A stretch of DNA of 58,051 nt from the NCBI GenBank assembly GCA_035466615.1, contig DATIUT010000018.1, positions 1 to 58,051 on the forward strand, in the 5' to 3' direction. The notes below the pieces were generated by a model, which ran no database searches, was not told the DNA's origin, and saw nothing but the letters and a program-made list of their open reading frames with translations. Shown here one piece after another: positions 29,540-38,350 of the stretch. How positions within the stretch are numbered: the stretch's first letter is position 1; every line of letters starts with the position of its first letter. The translations under genes were made by a program, and so were the position numbers. The stretch comes from Anaerolineales bacterium. Lineage in GTDB: Bacteria > Chloroflexota > Anaerolineae > Anaerolineales > Villigracilaceae.

Positions 29540-29579
29540 GGACACGTCACGCATTTTGAACACAATGGCGTGTCCCTAC
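29540..29579 (-). repeat. GTAG-type REP-like hairpin overlapping the methyltransferase stop codon
   Basis: Minus strand GTAGGGACACGCCA...TGACGTGTCC; the TAG of GTAG is the stop at 29576-78. Confidence 0.55.
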
Positions 29580-30760
29580 TTTTTAATACAAACCAACCCC
29601 TTCAAATATGTGCCCTCGGGGAAATGCAAGGAGACGGGATGATCGGGTCCCTGCGATAGGTGTTCGACGATCTGCGCGTCCACTCCTGCATCAAGCGCGG
29701 CACCGGCAATAATTTTTTGGAACAGACCTGCGTCAATTCCGCCTGAACACGAGAACGTAACCAGTATCCCGCCGGGGCGCAATAATTTAAATGCGAGCAG
29801 GTTGATGTCCTTGTATCCGCGTGCGGCTTTTTCAGCTTGTGCGGAGGTGGGAGCGAACTTCGGCGGGTCGAGGATGATCATGTCGAAGGAACGGTTCTCA
29901 TCGCGGAACTTGCGGAGAAGTTGAAATATGTCACCTTCGAGCGGAGTATGACGGTCAACGGGGAGGTTGTTGAGCGCGATGTTTTCTTTGCATAGTTCCA
30001 ATGCGTCAGCGGACGAATCAACTGAGAGCACTGATTTCGCTCCACCCGCGAGCGCATTGACGGTGAATCCGCCTGTGTAGCAGAAGCAATCCAGCACATC
30101 CTTTTCTTTTGCAAACTCACGCACGCGGAGGCGGTTTTTGCGCTGGTCGAGGTAGTAGCCGGTTTTGTGTCCGCTTTGCAGGTTCACGATAAACTTCAGT
30201 TTGTTCTCGATGATTGGATAATGGGAAGTAGAAAGTGAGCCGCACAAGAGTCCAACTTTGGGTTCCAATCCTTCGAGTTCGCGTACGTCCGCGTCGGAAC
30301 GTTCGTAGATGGTGGAGAGGCCCGTTTCTTCGAAGAGAAGGTTTGCGAGGGTTTCCTTCCAGTATTCGGAGCCTGCGGTCAATGATTGAAGGACAAGCAC
30401 ATCGTTGTATCTATCCACGATCAAGCCGGGAATGCCGTCTGATTCAGCGTAAATGAGGCGATAGGAATCAGTGTCAGGTTCCAGGTTCCAGGTGTCACGT
30501 GATCGGATGGCGGAACGAATCCTTTTACGGAAGAATTCCCTGTCAATGACTTCGTCTTCAAATGTCCATGTACGTGCTCGGATCTGGGAGGTTGGTGAGT
30601 AGGAGACCCGGGCGAGAAACTGTTTATCGGACGAGAGCAGGTCAACGGTCGAGCCTGAGGCGATGTTTTCATCTGCATGATAAATCGCACCCGAAAAGAC
30701 CCACGGATGACGGCGCAGAAGACTCTTCTCACGTCCCGGTTTGAGAATTACATTAGCCAT
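29576..30760 (-). CDS. rlmI: 23S rRNA m5C1962-type methyltransferase (PUA + SAM domain)
   Basis: RRHPWVFSGAI, YRLIYAESDGIPGLIVDRY, GHKTGYYLDQR, LDCFCYTGGF, ILDPPKFA, TFSCSG, YLKG; start at MANVILK. Confidence 0.9.
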   Translation of the reverse strand: MANVILKPGREKSLLRRHPWVFSGAIYHADENIASGSTVDLLSSDKQFLARVSYSPTSQIRARTWTFEDEVIDREFFRKRIRSAIRSRDTWNLEPDTDSYRLIYAESDGIPGLIVDRYNDVLVLQSLTAGSEYWKETLANLLFEETGLSTIYERSDADVRELEGLEPKVGLLCGSLSTSHYPIIENKLKFIVNLQSGHKTGYYLDQRKNRLRVREFAKEKDVLDCFCYTGGFTVNALAGGAKSVLSVDSSADALELCKENIALNNLPVDRHTPLEGDIFQLLRKFRDENRSFDMIILDPPKFAPTSAQAEKAARGYKDINLLAFKLLRPGGILVTFSCSGGIDAGLFQKIIAGAALDAGVDAQIVEHLSQGPDHPVSLHFPEGTYLKGLVCIKK

Positions 30761-31025
30761 TGAATTTTTCCATCCATCGTTCGGGGCTGGCGAGCGGAGT
30801 CCAGCCAGATTGTTGATATAAGCCGTGTGCATCGCGCGTGGCAAGCATCCAGCGGCGCAAGCCCGATCCGTTTGATTTCATGATACAAGCCAAAGACGAG
30901 CGAGTGTTGAATATAACGCGCGATCATGTCGCGTGTGAGCATTTCGGCGATGGCATCGAGATGAGCCGCACAGGATCGGTGCTGATGGTGTAATTATCTT
31001 TGCGGGTTTCGATAATTTGTGGCAT
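30753..31025 (-). pseudogene. GNAT N-acetyltransferase pseudogene with internal deletions and frameshifts
   Basis: Pieces in different frames: MPQIIETRKDNYTISTDPVRL / DAIAEMLTR...IARYIQHSLVFGLYHEIKRIGLA / MLATRDAHGLYQQSGWTPLASPERWMEKFNG*; the central acetyl-CoA motif is absent; stop overlaps rlmI start; TACACT 6 nt before ATG. Confidence 0.8.
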
Positions 31026-31057
31026 GGCGTGAGTGTATCATAGGTGATATGATTTCC

Positions 31058-31164
31058 GTCACACCTGCACTTGAGTGCAGGTGCAAGTGTTGCGAGCCTG
31101 AACGTAGTGAGGGCGTGGCAATCTCCTGGGGATTGCTTCGGTCACTGCGCTCCCTCGCAATGGC
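31058..31164. repeat. Palindromic element family A, copy 3, with a nested 28-bp hairpin insertion
   Basis: GTCA[CACCTGCAC-TTGA-GTGCAGGTG-CAAGTG]TTGCGAG...GCAATCTCCTGGGGATTGCTTCG...CTCGCAATGGC. Confidence 0.82.
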
Positions 31165-31179
31165 ATTTAAGGAGATTGA

Positions 31180-31830
31180 ATGTTAAGACCCATTCGCTGG
31201 AATACTTTTATAAGAGACTTTTTCGTCATTCAGATCGGCTTTCTGTTATATGGATTGGCGCTTGCATTGATCGTGCGCGCAAGTTTGGGGACAAGCACAT
31301 GGCTGGTGCTCGAGATCGCGCTAGCGGATGTTTTGGGGATTAAGATCGGCACGATGACCGTCATCATGGGATTTATTGTGTTGGGACTTGCCTTGCTCTC
31401 CCGTGAACGGGTGGGATGGGGAACGTTGGCGAACATCCTGAGCATCGGTCCGTGGTTGAATCTGTTTTTGGATCTGATCTCGACGCCAGAAGGAAATCTT
31501 GTGTTGCAGATCGGGATGTTCCTGTCGGGTGTTCTGATACAAGGCGTTGCCACCGCGGTCTACATCGGCGTGGACGCGGGCGCCGGTCCGCGCGATAGTT
31601 TGATGCTGGCGGTGCATCGCATCACTGGATTCAGCGTTCGGGTTGCAAGAGGCTCCATCGAGGTCGTTGTTGTAACCATCGGATGGCTGTTGGGCGGGCC
31701 GGCCGGGTGGGGGACGCTGGCGTTCGCGTTGTTGATCGGTCCGTCGGTGCAATGGGCGTTCAAGTTGTTCAATGTTCATCCGCATAAGCCTGAGGATGTG
31801 ATCGTGCCTGCGGCGGCTGTGGAGGATTAG
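31180..31830 (+). CDS. YczE/YyaS/YitT-family membrane protein
   Basis: LGTSTW, GWGTLAN, GAGPRDSLM, LLGGPAGWGT; AAGGAG RBS. Confidence 0.88.
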   Translation: MLRPIRWNTFIRDFFVIQIGFLLYGLALALIVRASLGTSTWLVLEIALADVLGIKIGTMTVIMGFIVLGLALLSRERVGWGTLANILSIGPWLNLFLDLISTPEGNLVLQIGMFLSGVLIQGVATAVYIGVDAGAGPRDSLMLAVHRITGFSVRVARGSIEVVVVTIGWLLGGPAGWGTLAFALLIGPSVQWAFKLFNVHPHKPEDVIVPAAAVED

Positions 31831-31877
31831 TTGTCATCGCAAAGTATTTCATGAAGAATGATTTGAGAGAGGTATCA

Positions 31878-34232
31878 ATGAACGAAATACAGAATGACAT
31901 AAATCAACCAGTTCAAGTACAGGGGGAACCAAGGAATCGTTCCACAGGCGCGTTGATCCTGTTTTTGGTTTTAGCCATTCCCATGCCGATCTGCATGTTT
32001 GTCTATCACTTCGTGTTGTGGTCGATGGAACAGACGGCGATTACTTCGGGCAGCCTGGCAAATTTCGCATGGGCGGGACCGATCGGTCTGGCGGTGCAGG
32101 CCTTTGTGATGACAGGCATCCTCACGGCGTTATGGCATTTCACCAAAGATGACCGTTTCAAGCCTGTGTATGCAGGCTGGCTGGGCGCGGCGTTGACGGC
32201 GTTCCCTGCGCTGGCTTTGCGGTTCTTTGGGGCGAACAACGATCAACTCGGTTCGATCTATCAGATTGTTATTTGTCTCATTGCATTCTTCATTGTTTCA
32301 AAGGTTCGCAATGTAAAGATTGATTGGAAAGCGGACAGCGTATCACTTGCGTTGTTCCTTGCCGCGTTTGGCGTGGCTCCGTTTGCGATTCTCGGCGCGT
32401 TCGGTTCACCGACCGACTCGCTTCTCGGTCTGGTTGCAGGATTATCGTTTGGCATGCTCGCGGCCATATTGATGGAATCCACAACAGGGAATAAATTCCT
32501 CGATGCATTCGGCATCGGTGCGGTGCTGGTGTTGCTCGGCTCTGGCATTGGTTATGATGGCGCGCAGTTGATATTGCTTGCTTTGCTTCCGTCGTTCGCG
32601 TTTGCAATTGCAACGGTCATGCCATCGAGACTCGCGGGGATGATTCTCACAAGCGCATTGGCATCAACAGGTTTGGTCTTCTTCGATCCCACCGAACTCA
32701 CGGTTGTGCTGGGCGATGTCAGTGTGCTGGCTTTCAAGGCTGGCGCATATGCTCTTGGCTTGGGGCTGGCGGTGGGAATTATCGGGTTGGTGATTCAATT
32801 GATAACGGGATCAGGTTCGGGGTCTGGTGCAAAGCGTATGCTCGGTTGGGCGGGTGTGGGGGCGGCGTGGCTCGGCGTCATTATCCTGTTCTTCACGAAT
32901 GGCAACCGCGGTTTTTATGGCGACCGTCTTTTTGTCATCCTGACAGCACAGGCGGATTTGTCAGATGTGCGTCAGATCAAGAATAGCGATGAACGTCGAA
33001 CGGAAGCATATAAAGAGTTGACCCGGCTTGCGAATGAAACGCAATCTGATTTGCGGGATACATTCGATACGTTCGGTGTGGATTACACGCCTTATTATCT
33101 TGTCAATGCGATGGAAGTGCGCGGCGGGACTCTGGTGCGGCTCTATTTGCTGACCCGCCTCGAAGTGGACCGCGTCATTCCCAGCCCAAGGCTGAGACCC
33201 GCTCAACCGGTCGAGGCTTTAGCCTTGAACAATTTGTTTTCCGAATCCGCGCCGAGCGGAGTGCAATGGAATGTGCAAATGATCGGCGCGGACAAAGTGT
33301 GGGACGAGTTCGGTGTGCGTGGCGAGGGGATCGTAATTGGACAGTCGGATAGCGGCGTGGATGTGAGTCATCCTGAATTGAAGGATAGTTATCGCGGCAA
33401 AACGGAAGGCAACGATTACAACTGGTTCGATCCGTGGTATGGTGGGACTGCGCCGTATGATGATAACGGTCACGGCACGCATACGCTTGGCACAATATTG
33501 GGGCAGAACGGTATCGGGGTTGCGCCTGGTGCAACGTGGTTCGCGTGCATGAATTTGAATCGCAATCTTGCCAATCCTGCGTTGTACCTCGATTGTATGC
33601 AGTTCATGCTTGCACCGTTCCCGCAGGGAGGCGATCCCCTTGTTGACGGCGATCCAACGCGCGCCGCGGATGTGTTGAACAATTCATGGGGTTGCCCTGA
33701 GATCGAAGGCTGTGACCCGAACGCGTTGTTGTATGCGGCAGATCATTTACGCGACGCGGGAATCTTTGTGGTGGTTTCAACGGGCAATGACGGACCGAAT
33801 TGCAGTACGGTCAGTGCGCCGTTGTCGTTATATGACTCTGTCTTTTCGGTGGGAGCGGTTGACCGCAATGGTGATGTGACCGAGTTCAGCAGTCGCGGTC
33901 CCGTGACGGCAGATGGCTCGAATCGTATAAAGCCGGATATCGTCGCGCCGGGCAGGGACATTCTCTCGGCATTGCCAGGCGGAACGTATGGCGCGCTGGA
34001 GGGTACGTCCATGGCGGGACCGCATGTCGCGGGTGTGGTCGCGTTGCTGTGGTCAGCGGACCCTTCGTTGATCGGTGACATCGACCGTACAGAACAAATT
34101 TTGATGGAGACAGCGCAACCATATACGGGAGACACCTCCATTGGGTGTTTTGATGGCGATGTGCCAAATGCGGCGTATGGATATGGGATCGTGGATGTCT
34201 ACGCGGCGGTTAAAGAGGTGTTGGGGAAGTAA
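31878..34232 (+). CDS. S8 subtilase fused to an N-terminal multi-TM domain
   Basis: About 11-12 hydrophobic helices, then prodomain-like region and triad SDSGVD / GHGTHT / GTSMAGPHV, oxyanion STGNDG. Confidence 0.9.
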   Translation: MNEIQNDINQPVQVQGEPRNRSTGALILFLVLAIPMPICMFVYHFVLWSMEQTAITSGSLANFAWAGPIGLAVQAFVMTGILTALWHFTKDDRFKPVYAGWLGAALTAFPALALRFFGANNDQLGSIYQIVICLIAFFIVSKVRNVKIDWKADSVSLALFLAAFGVAPFAILGAFGSPTDSLLGLVAGLSFGMLAAILMESTTGNKFLDAFGIGAVLVLLGSGIGYDGAQLILLALLPSFAFAIATVMPSRLAGMILTSALASTGLVFFDPTELTVVLGDVSVLAFKAGAYALGLGLAVGIIGLVIQLITGSGSGSGAKRMLGWAGVGAAWLGVIILFFTNGNRGFYGDRLFVILTAQADLSDVRQIKNSDERRTEAYKELTRLANETQSDLRDTFDTFGVDYTPYYLVNAMEVRGGTLVRLYLLTRLEVDRVIPSPRLRPAQPVEALALNNLFSESAPSGVQWNVQMIGADKVWDEFGVRGEGIVIGQSDSGVDVSHPELKDSYRGKTEGNDYNWFDPWYGGTAPYDDNGHGTHTLGTILGQNGIGVAPGATWFACMNLNRNLANPALYLDCMQFMLAPFPQGGDPLVDGDPTRAADVLNNSWGCPEIEGCDPNALLYAADHLRDAGIFVVVSTGNDGPNCSTVSAPLSLYDSVFSVGAVDRNGDVTEFSSRGPVTADGSNRIKPDIVAPGRDILSALPGGTYGALEGTSMAGPHVAGVVALLWSADPSLIGDIDRTEQILMETAQPYTGDTSIGCFDGDVPNAAYGYGIVDVYAAVKEVLGK

Positions 34233-34239
34233 GAGCCGG

Positions 34240-35382
34240 TTAAAAATTGGCTTGCAGGCATTCCTTTAGCCGTAGGATGCCATCCTCAATCTCCTTTTCC
34301 GCGTGAAATACAAAACATAGCCTCATGTAATTGTTCAATCCATTCTGGCTGGAGAATAGAGCGCCCTGCCGAATGTCAACTTTGAAGTTTTTTGCTTTAC
34401 TCCTGAATTCTGATGCATCTATACCTTTTGGCAAACGGACCCAGAAGAAGTATCCGCCCTGAGGGATGGAGTACGTTGCATCTGGCAGGTGTTTTCGCAA
34501 GGATGAATCCATGAGGGTGCGCCGCGCGCGATAGACTCCAATGAGTTTGTGGATATGCCTCTCCAGATTGCCAGATTCCACAATCCCGTGCACAATGGCG
34601 GATGTGAACGGATTCAATCCGCCGCCGCTGTCGAGCAAGCCGCACGTCGTCAGACGGTTGATCCTGTTTGGATGTGCCTGAAGCCAGCCGAGGCGCAGAC
34701 CAGGCGCAAGGATTTTGGAAAAAGAACCAAGTGAAATGATGTTTTCAATATGGGTATATGAACCAAATGACGTTGGTGGTTTGACGTTGTAACTAAGCAG
34801 TTGATACACCTCGTCAGCGAGGATCAGGAATTCGAATTGCCGGGACAATTCGACCAGTCGCGTGCGGCGTTCCTGAGTCAACGTGCGTCCGCTGGGGTTT
34901 TGATGGGTTGGAATTGTATAAAGCAGTCTGGGTTTATATGTCGCCAGTTTTTCCTGTAGTGATTCGATGATCAATCCGTTTTCGTCCGTTTCAACAGGAA
35001 TGACCTGCAGTCGGTGGTCTGAAAATATCTTCAACGCCAGAAAGTATGTGGGCTCCTCGACGAAGATCGTATCGCCTGCCTGTGTGAAGAGCGTGCAGAT
35101 CAAATCCAATGCCTTCGAGATGCCATTGGTGATAAACAGGTTTTCTGGCTGGACATTAAAGCCGTAGCCTTTGGTTAAAAAGTTCGCCAACGCAAAGCGG
35201 AAATATCCATCACCTTGTTCCGCACCATATTGCAGAAAAGAATTTTCATCGTGTGACAGTCGCTGTTGGGCAGACTCGCGAATCAAATCAAGCGGAAGAA
35301 GTGATAGCGGCGGGTCGCCGCAACCGAGGTCAATGATATCGGATGGGGTTTGGGTTTGGATGACGGAAAGAGGTGTATTCAT
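34240..35382 (-). CDS. PLP-dependent class I/II aminotransferase (ARO8/LysN-like), leaderless
   Basis: YTIPTHQNPSG, ADEVY, GSFSKILAPGLRLGW; TATACT 6 nt before ATG 35382. Confidence 0.93.
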   Translation of the reverse strand: MNTPLSVIQTQTPSDIIDLGCGDPPLSLLPLDLIRESAQQRLSHDENSFLQYGAEQGDGYFRFALANFLTKGYGFNVQPENLFITNGISKALDLICTLFTQAGDTIFVEEPTYFLALKIFSDHRLQVIPVETDENGLIIESLQEKLATYKPRLLYTIPTHQNPSGRTLTQERRTRLVELSRQFEFLILADEVYQLLSYNVKPPTSFGSYTHIENIISLGSFSKILAPGLRLGWLQAHPNRINRLTTCGLLDSGGGLNPFTSAIVHGIVESGNLERHIHKLIGVYRARRTLMDSSLRKHLPDATYSIPQGGYFFWVRLPKGIDASEFRSKAKNFKVDIRQGALFSSQNGLNNYMRLCFVFHAEKEIEDGILRLKECLQANF

Positions 35383-35493
35383 GTATGAAGTATAATCGCA
35401 CAATACCTTTCAGGATCAATCCGCGGAAACACCACCAGTGTTCGGATGATAAGGAGAGGACCTCATAACCGGCTCATGGAGAAAGGATTTGAA

Positions 35494-35859
35494 ATGATAA
35501 AGAATCTTGCACTTGTCATTGAGGATGATGATGACCTGTCGGAGATTTTTACAAGGGCGTTGGAGCAGGCTGGATTTAAAGTCGAGACGATTCGCGATGG
35601 GAAAGCCGCTCGAAAACGCTTGGAGGAGGATGACGTTCCCAATGTCATCGCGCTCGACCTGCATCTGCCGTTTGTGGATGGCGGCACCCTGCTCAAGCAG
35701 ATCAATGCTGATGAAAGGCTCAGCAAAACCAGGGTCATTCTTACTACAGCCGATGCGGTGCAGGCAGAGTTTTTGCGCGACAAAGCGACCATTGTGTTGA
35801 TCAAGCCGATCTTATTTTCCCAATTGAGGGATCTTAGCGCGCGTCTGAAAACGGCATGA
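35494..35859 (+). CDS. Stand-alone (CheY-like) response regulator
   Basis: LVIEDD, LDLHLPFVDG (phospho-Asp), TTAD, LIKP; no output domain. Confidence 0.9.
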   Translation: MIKNLALVIEDDDDLSEIFTRALEQAGFKVETIRDGKAARKRLEEDDVPNVIALDLHLPFVDGGTLLKQINADERLSKTRVILTTADAVQAEFLRDKATIVLIKPILFSQLRDLSARLKTA

Positions 35860-35932
35860 CGCCGATGGGGACGTTCCTGCACAAATCCCGTTTGTTATAA
35901 TCCTCCTGAATTCAACCAAAGGAGAGAGCCGC

Positions 35933-38344
35933 ATGCCCAAGAAGAAGGGCTTTTTTGCACTTCCCCTAGAGAAAGAAGAGATCATCAAGGATTACCGCCT
36001 TGCCTATCAAAGCAGGCAGGCTTCGCTGATTGGCAGGCGTGAAGTATTGAGTGGGAAAGCTAAATTCGGCATATTTGGCGATGGCAAGGAACTTGCCAAC
36101 ATCGCCATTGCGCGCGCCTTTCACAAGGGTGATTGGCGTTCAGGGTATTATCGTGACCAGACCTGGATGTTCATGTTGGGAGTGATGGGCATCCAGGAAT
36201 TTTTTGCGCAACTGTATGCCCATGCCGATTTGAATCACGAATCCAATACGGGCGGGCGTTCGATGAACGGACATTTCGCGAGTCGCTACATCAACCCCGA
36301 TGGTTCGTGGAAAAATCAAACTGAAATGTACAACACCGCGGCGGATATCTCCCCCACAGCCGCGCAGATGCCGCGCGCGGTTGGATTGGCGTATGCTTCG
36401 GTCGTGTATCGAGGTCTTGAGGAACTCAAGCCTTTCACACAATTCTCGAAAGACGGCAATGAAGTCGCGTTCACGAGCATTGGCAACGCGTCCACTTCAG
36501 AGGGGATGTTCTGGGAGTCGGTCAATGCCATTGGCGTATTGCAGGCGCCCGCGGTCATTACAGTCTATGATGACGGCTATGGCATCTCGGTCCCCAACCA
36601 GTTCCAGATGGTCAAGGAAAACATCTATCAGATTTTGCAAGGCTTCCAACGCGAACCATGCCCTGAGCCTGAATGTCAACGCGGCTATGAACTCTTTCAA
36701 GTGCGCGGCTGGGATTACCCTGCGCTCCTTGAAACATACGCCTCTGCCGCCGAGATCGCGCGTGAATATCATATCCCATCGTTGGTGCATGTCACAGAGG
36801 TCACACAGCCTCAAGGACACAGCACAAGCGGGTCACATGAACGCTACAAGACCCCCGAGCGACTTAAGTTCGAAGAAGAGTTTGACTGCCTCCGCAAGAT
36901 GCGCGAATGGATGATGGGCAACCGCCTCATTTCGGACCCTGAACTGGCCGCTCTCGAAAAAGCGGATTACGATGCTGTAGAGGGAATCCGCAAACTGGCA
37001 TGGGACGCGTATCTTGCTCCCATTCTTGATGAGCGCAATCAAGTCATGGACATGCTCGATGAGATTGCGGGAAGTTCGAGTCACGCGTCAGAGTTGGAAA
37101 AGATCAAGGAACGGTTGTCAGCCCTCCCGTCGGTGGCGAGGCGTGATATCCATGGCGCGGTGCATGAAGCGTTGCGAGTCCTGCGCGGTGAGGCGCATCC
37201 ATCCAGGCAGGTATTGATCCAGTGGAAGAGTGAACAGGATGAGATTAATCTGGAACGATACGGTTCGCATTTGCATAGCGGCAGGGCTCAGGCGGTCAGG
37301 GAAGTAAAGCCTGTGTATTCTGCGTCATCACCGACCATGATGGGCTTTGAAGTGATGAATGCCGCGTTCGATTCGATCCTGGGACGGGACCCGCGCGTGA
37401 TCGCGTTCGGCGAGGATGTGGGCCTTCTTGGCGACGTGAATCAGGGCTTCAAGGGAATGCAGGAAAAATACGGCGCGTTGAGAGTGAGTGATACGGGCAT
37501 TCGTGAAACGACGATTTTGGGGCAGGCGATCGGCATGGCGATGCGCGGCCTGCGGCCGATCTGTGAAATTCAATATCTCGATTACATTTTATATGCTCTG
37601 CAAATCATGTCAGATGATTTGGCGACACTGTATTGGCGCACTGCAGGCGGGCAGGCCTCACCTGTCATCGTGCGTACGCGTGGTCATCGTTTGGAGGGGA
37701 TCTGGCATTCCGGTTCGTTGATGGCTGGAATCATTCATCTCGTGCGCGGGATGAATGTGCTCGTGCCGCGCGATATGACGCGTGCGGCGGGTTTCTATAA
37801 CACATTGTTGAAATGTGACGAACCCGCAATTGTTGTTGAAGTGTTGAATGGGTATCGGATCAAGGAGAAGTTGCCTGATAACATCGGTGAGTTCACGGTT
37901 CCGCTCGGCGTGCCCGAAGTGATCCGTGACGGGACTGACGTCACGATTGTCACATATGGAGCATGTTGTCGTATCGCTCTCGATGCGGCGCACAAATTAT
38001 CGAAGGTTGGCATCGAAGTTGAAGTCGTTGACGTGCAGTCGCTTTTGCCGTTCGATATTCATGGAAAAATCTTTGAATCTTTGAAAAAGACAAACCGCAT
38101 TGTGTTTCTGGATGAAGACGTGCCAGGCGGTACGTCCGCGTATATGATGCAGGAAGTGATCGAGAAACAGGGAGGGTATTTCCATCTCGATTCTCCTGCA
38201 AGGACTTTATCTGGCAAAGCGCATCGCCCCGCGTATGGAAGTGATGGCGATTACTGGTCAAAGCCGAATGCGGAGACGGTGTTTGATACGGTGTATGAAA
38301 TGATGAATGAAGTTGATCCTGATCGGTATCCAGGGATTAAGTGA
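35933..38344 (+). CDS. 2-oxoacid (probably branched-chain) dehydrogenase E1, fused alpha/beta
   Basis: KAKFGIFGDGKE, SGYYRDQT, QGHSTSGSHERYK, FGEDVG, DTGIRE, EIQYLDY. Confidence 0.92.
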   Translation: MPKKKGFFALPLEKEEIIKDYRLAYQSRQASLIGRREVLSGKAKFGIFGDGKELANIAIARAFHKGDWRSGYYRDQTWMFMLGVMGIQEFFAQLYAHADLNHESNTGGRSMNGHFASRYINPDGSWKNQTEMYNTAADISPTAAQMPRAVGLAYASVVYRGLEELKPFTQFSKDGNEVAFTSIGNASTSEGMFWESVNAIGVLQAPAVITVYDDGYGISVPNQFQMVKENIYQILQGFQREPCPEPECQRGYELFQVRGWDYPALLETYASAAEIAREYHIPSLVHVTEVTQPQGHSTSGSHERYKTPERLKFEEEFDCLRKMREWMMGNRLISDPELAALEKADYDAVEGIRKLAWDAYLAPILDERNQVMDMLDEIAGSSSHASELEKIKERLSALPSVARRDIHGAVHEALRVLRGEAHPSRQVLIQWKSEQDEINLERYGSHLHSGRAQAVREVKPVYSASSPTMMGFEVMNAAFDSILGRDPRVIAFGEDVGLLGDVNQGFKGMQEKYGALRVSDTGIRETTILGQAIGMAMRGLRPICEIQYLDYILYALQIMSDDLATLYWRTAGGQASPVIVRTRGHRLEGIWHSGSLMAGIIHLVRGMNVLVPRDMTRAAGFYNTLLKCDEPAIVVEVLNGYRIKEKLPDNIGEFTVPLGVPEVIRDGTDVTIVTYGACCRIALDAAHKLSKVGIEVEVVDVQSLLPFDIHGKIFESLKKTNRIVFLDEDVPGGTSAYMMQEVIEKQGGYFHLDSPARTLSGKAHRPAYGSDGDYWSKPNAETVFDTVYEMMNEVDPDRYPGIK

Positions 38345-38350
38345 GGAAAT

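Noticed and set aside
30761-30844. rlmI N-terminal extension in the ORF track
   Set aside because: The sequence belongs to the GNAT pseudogene in another frame.
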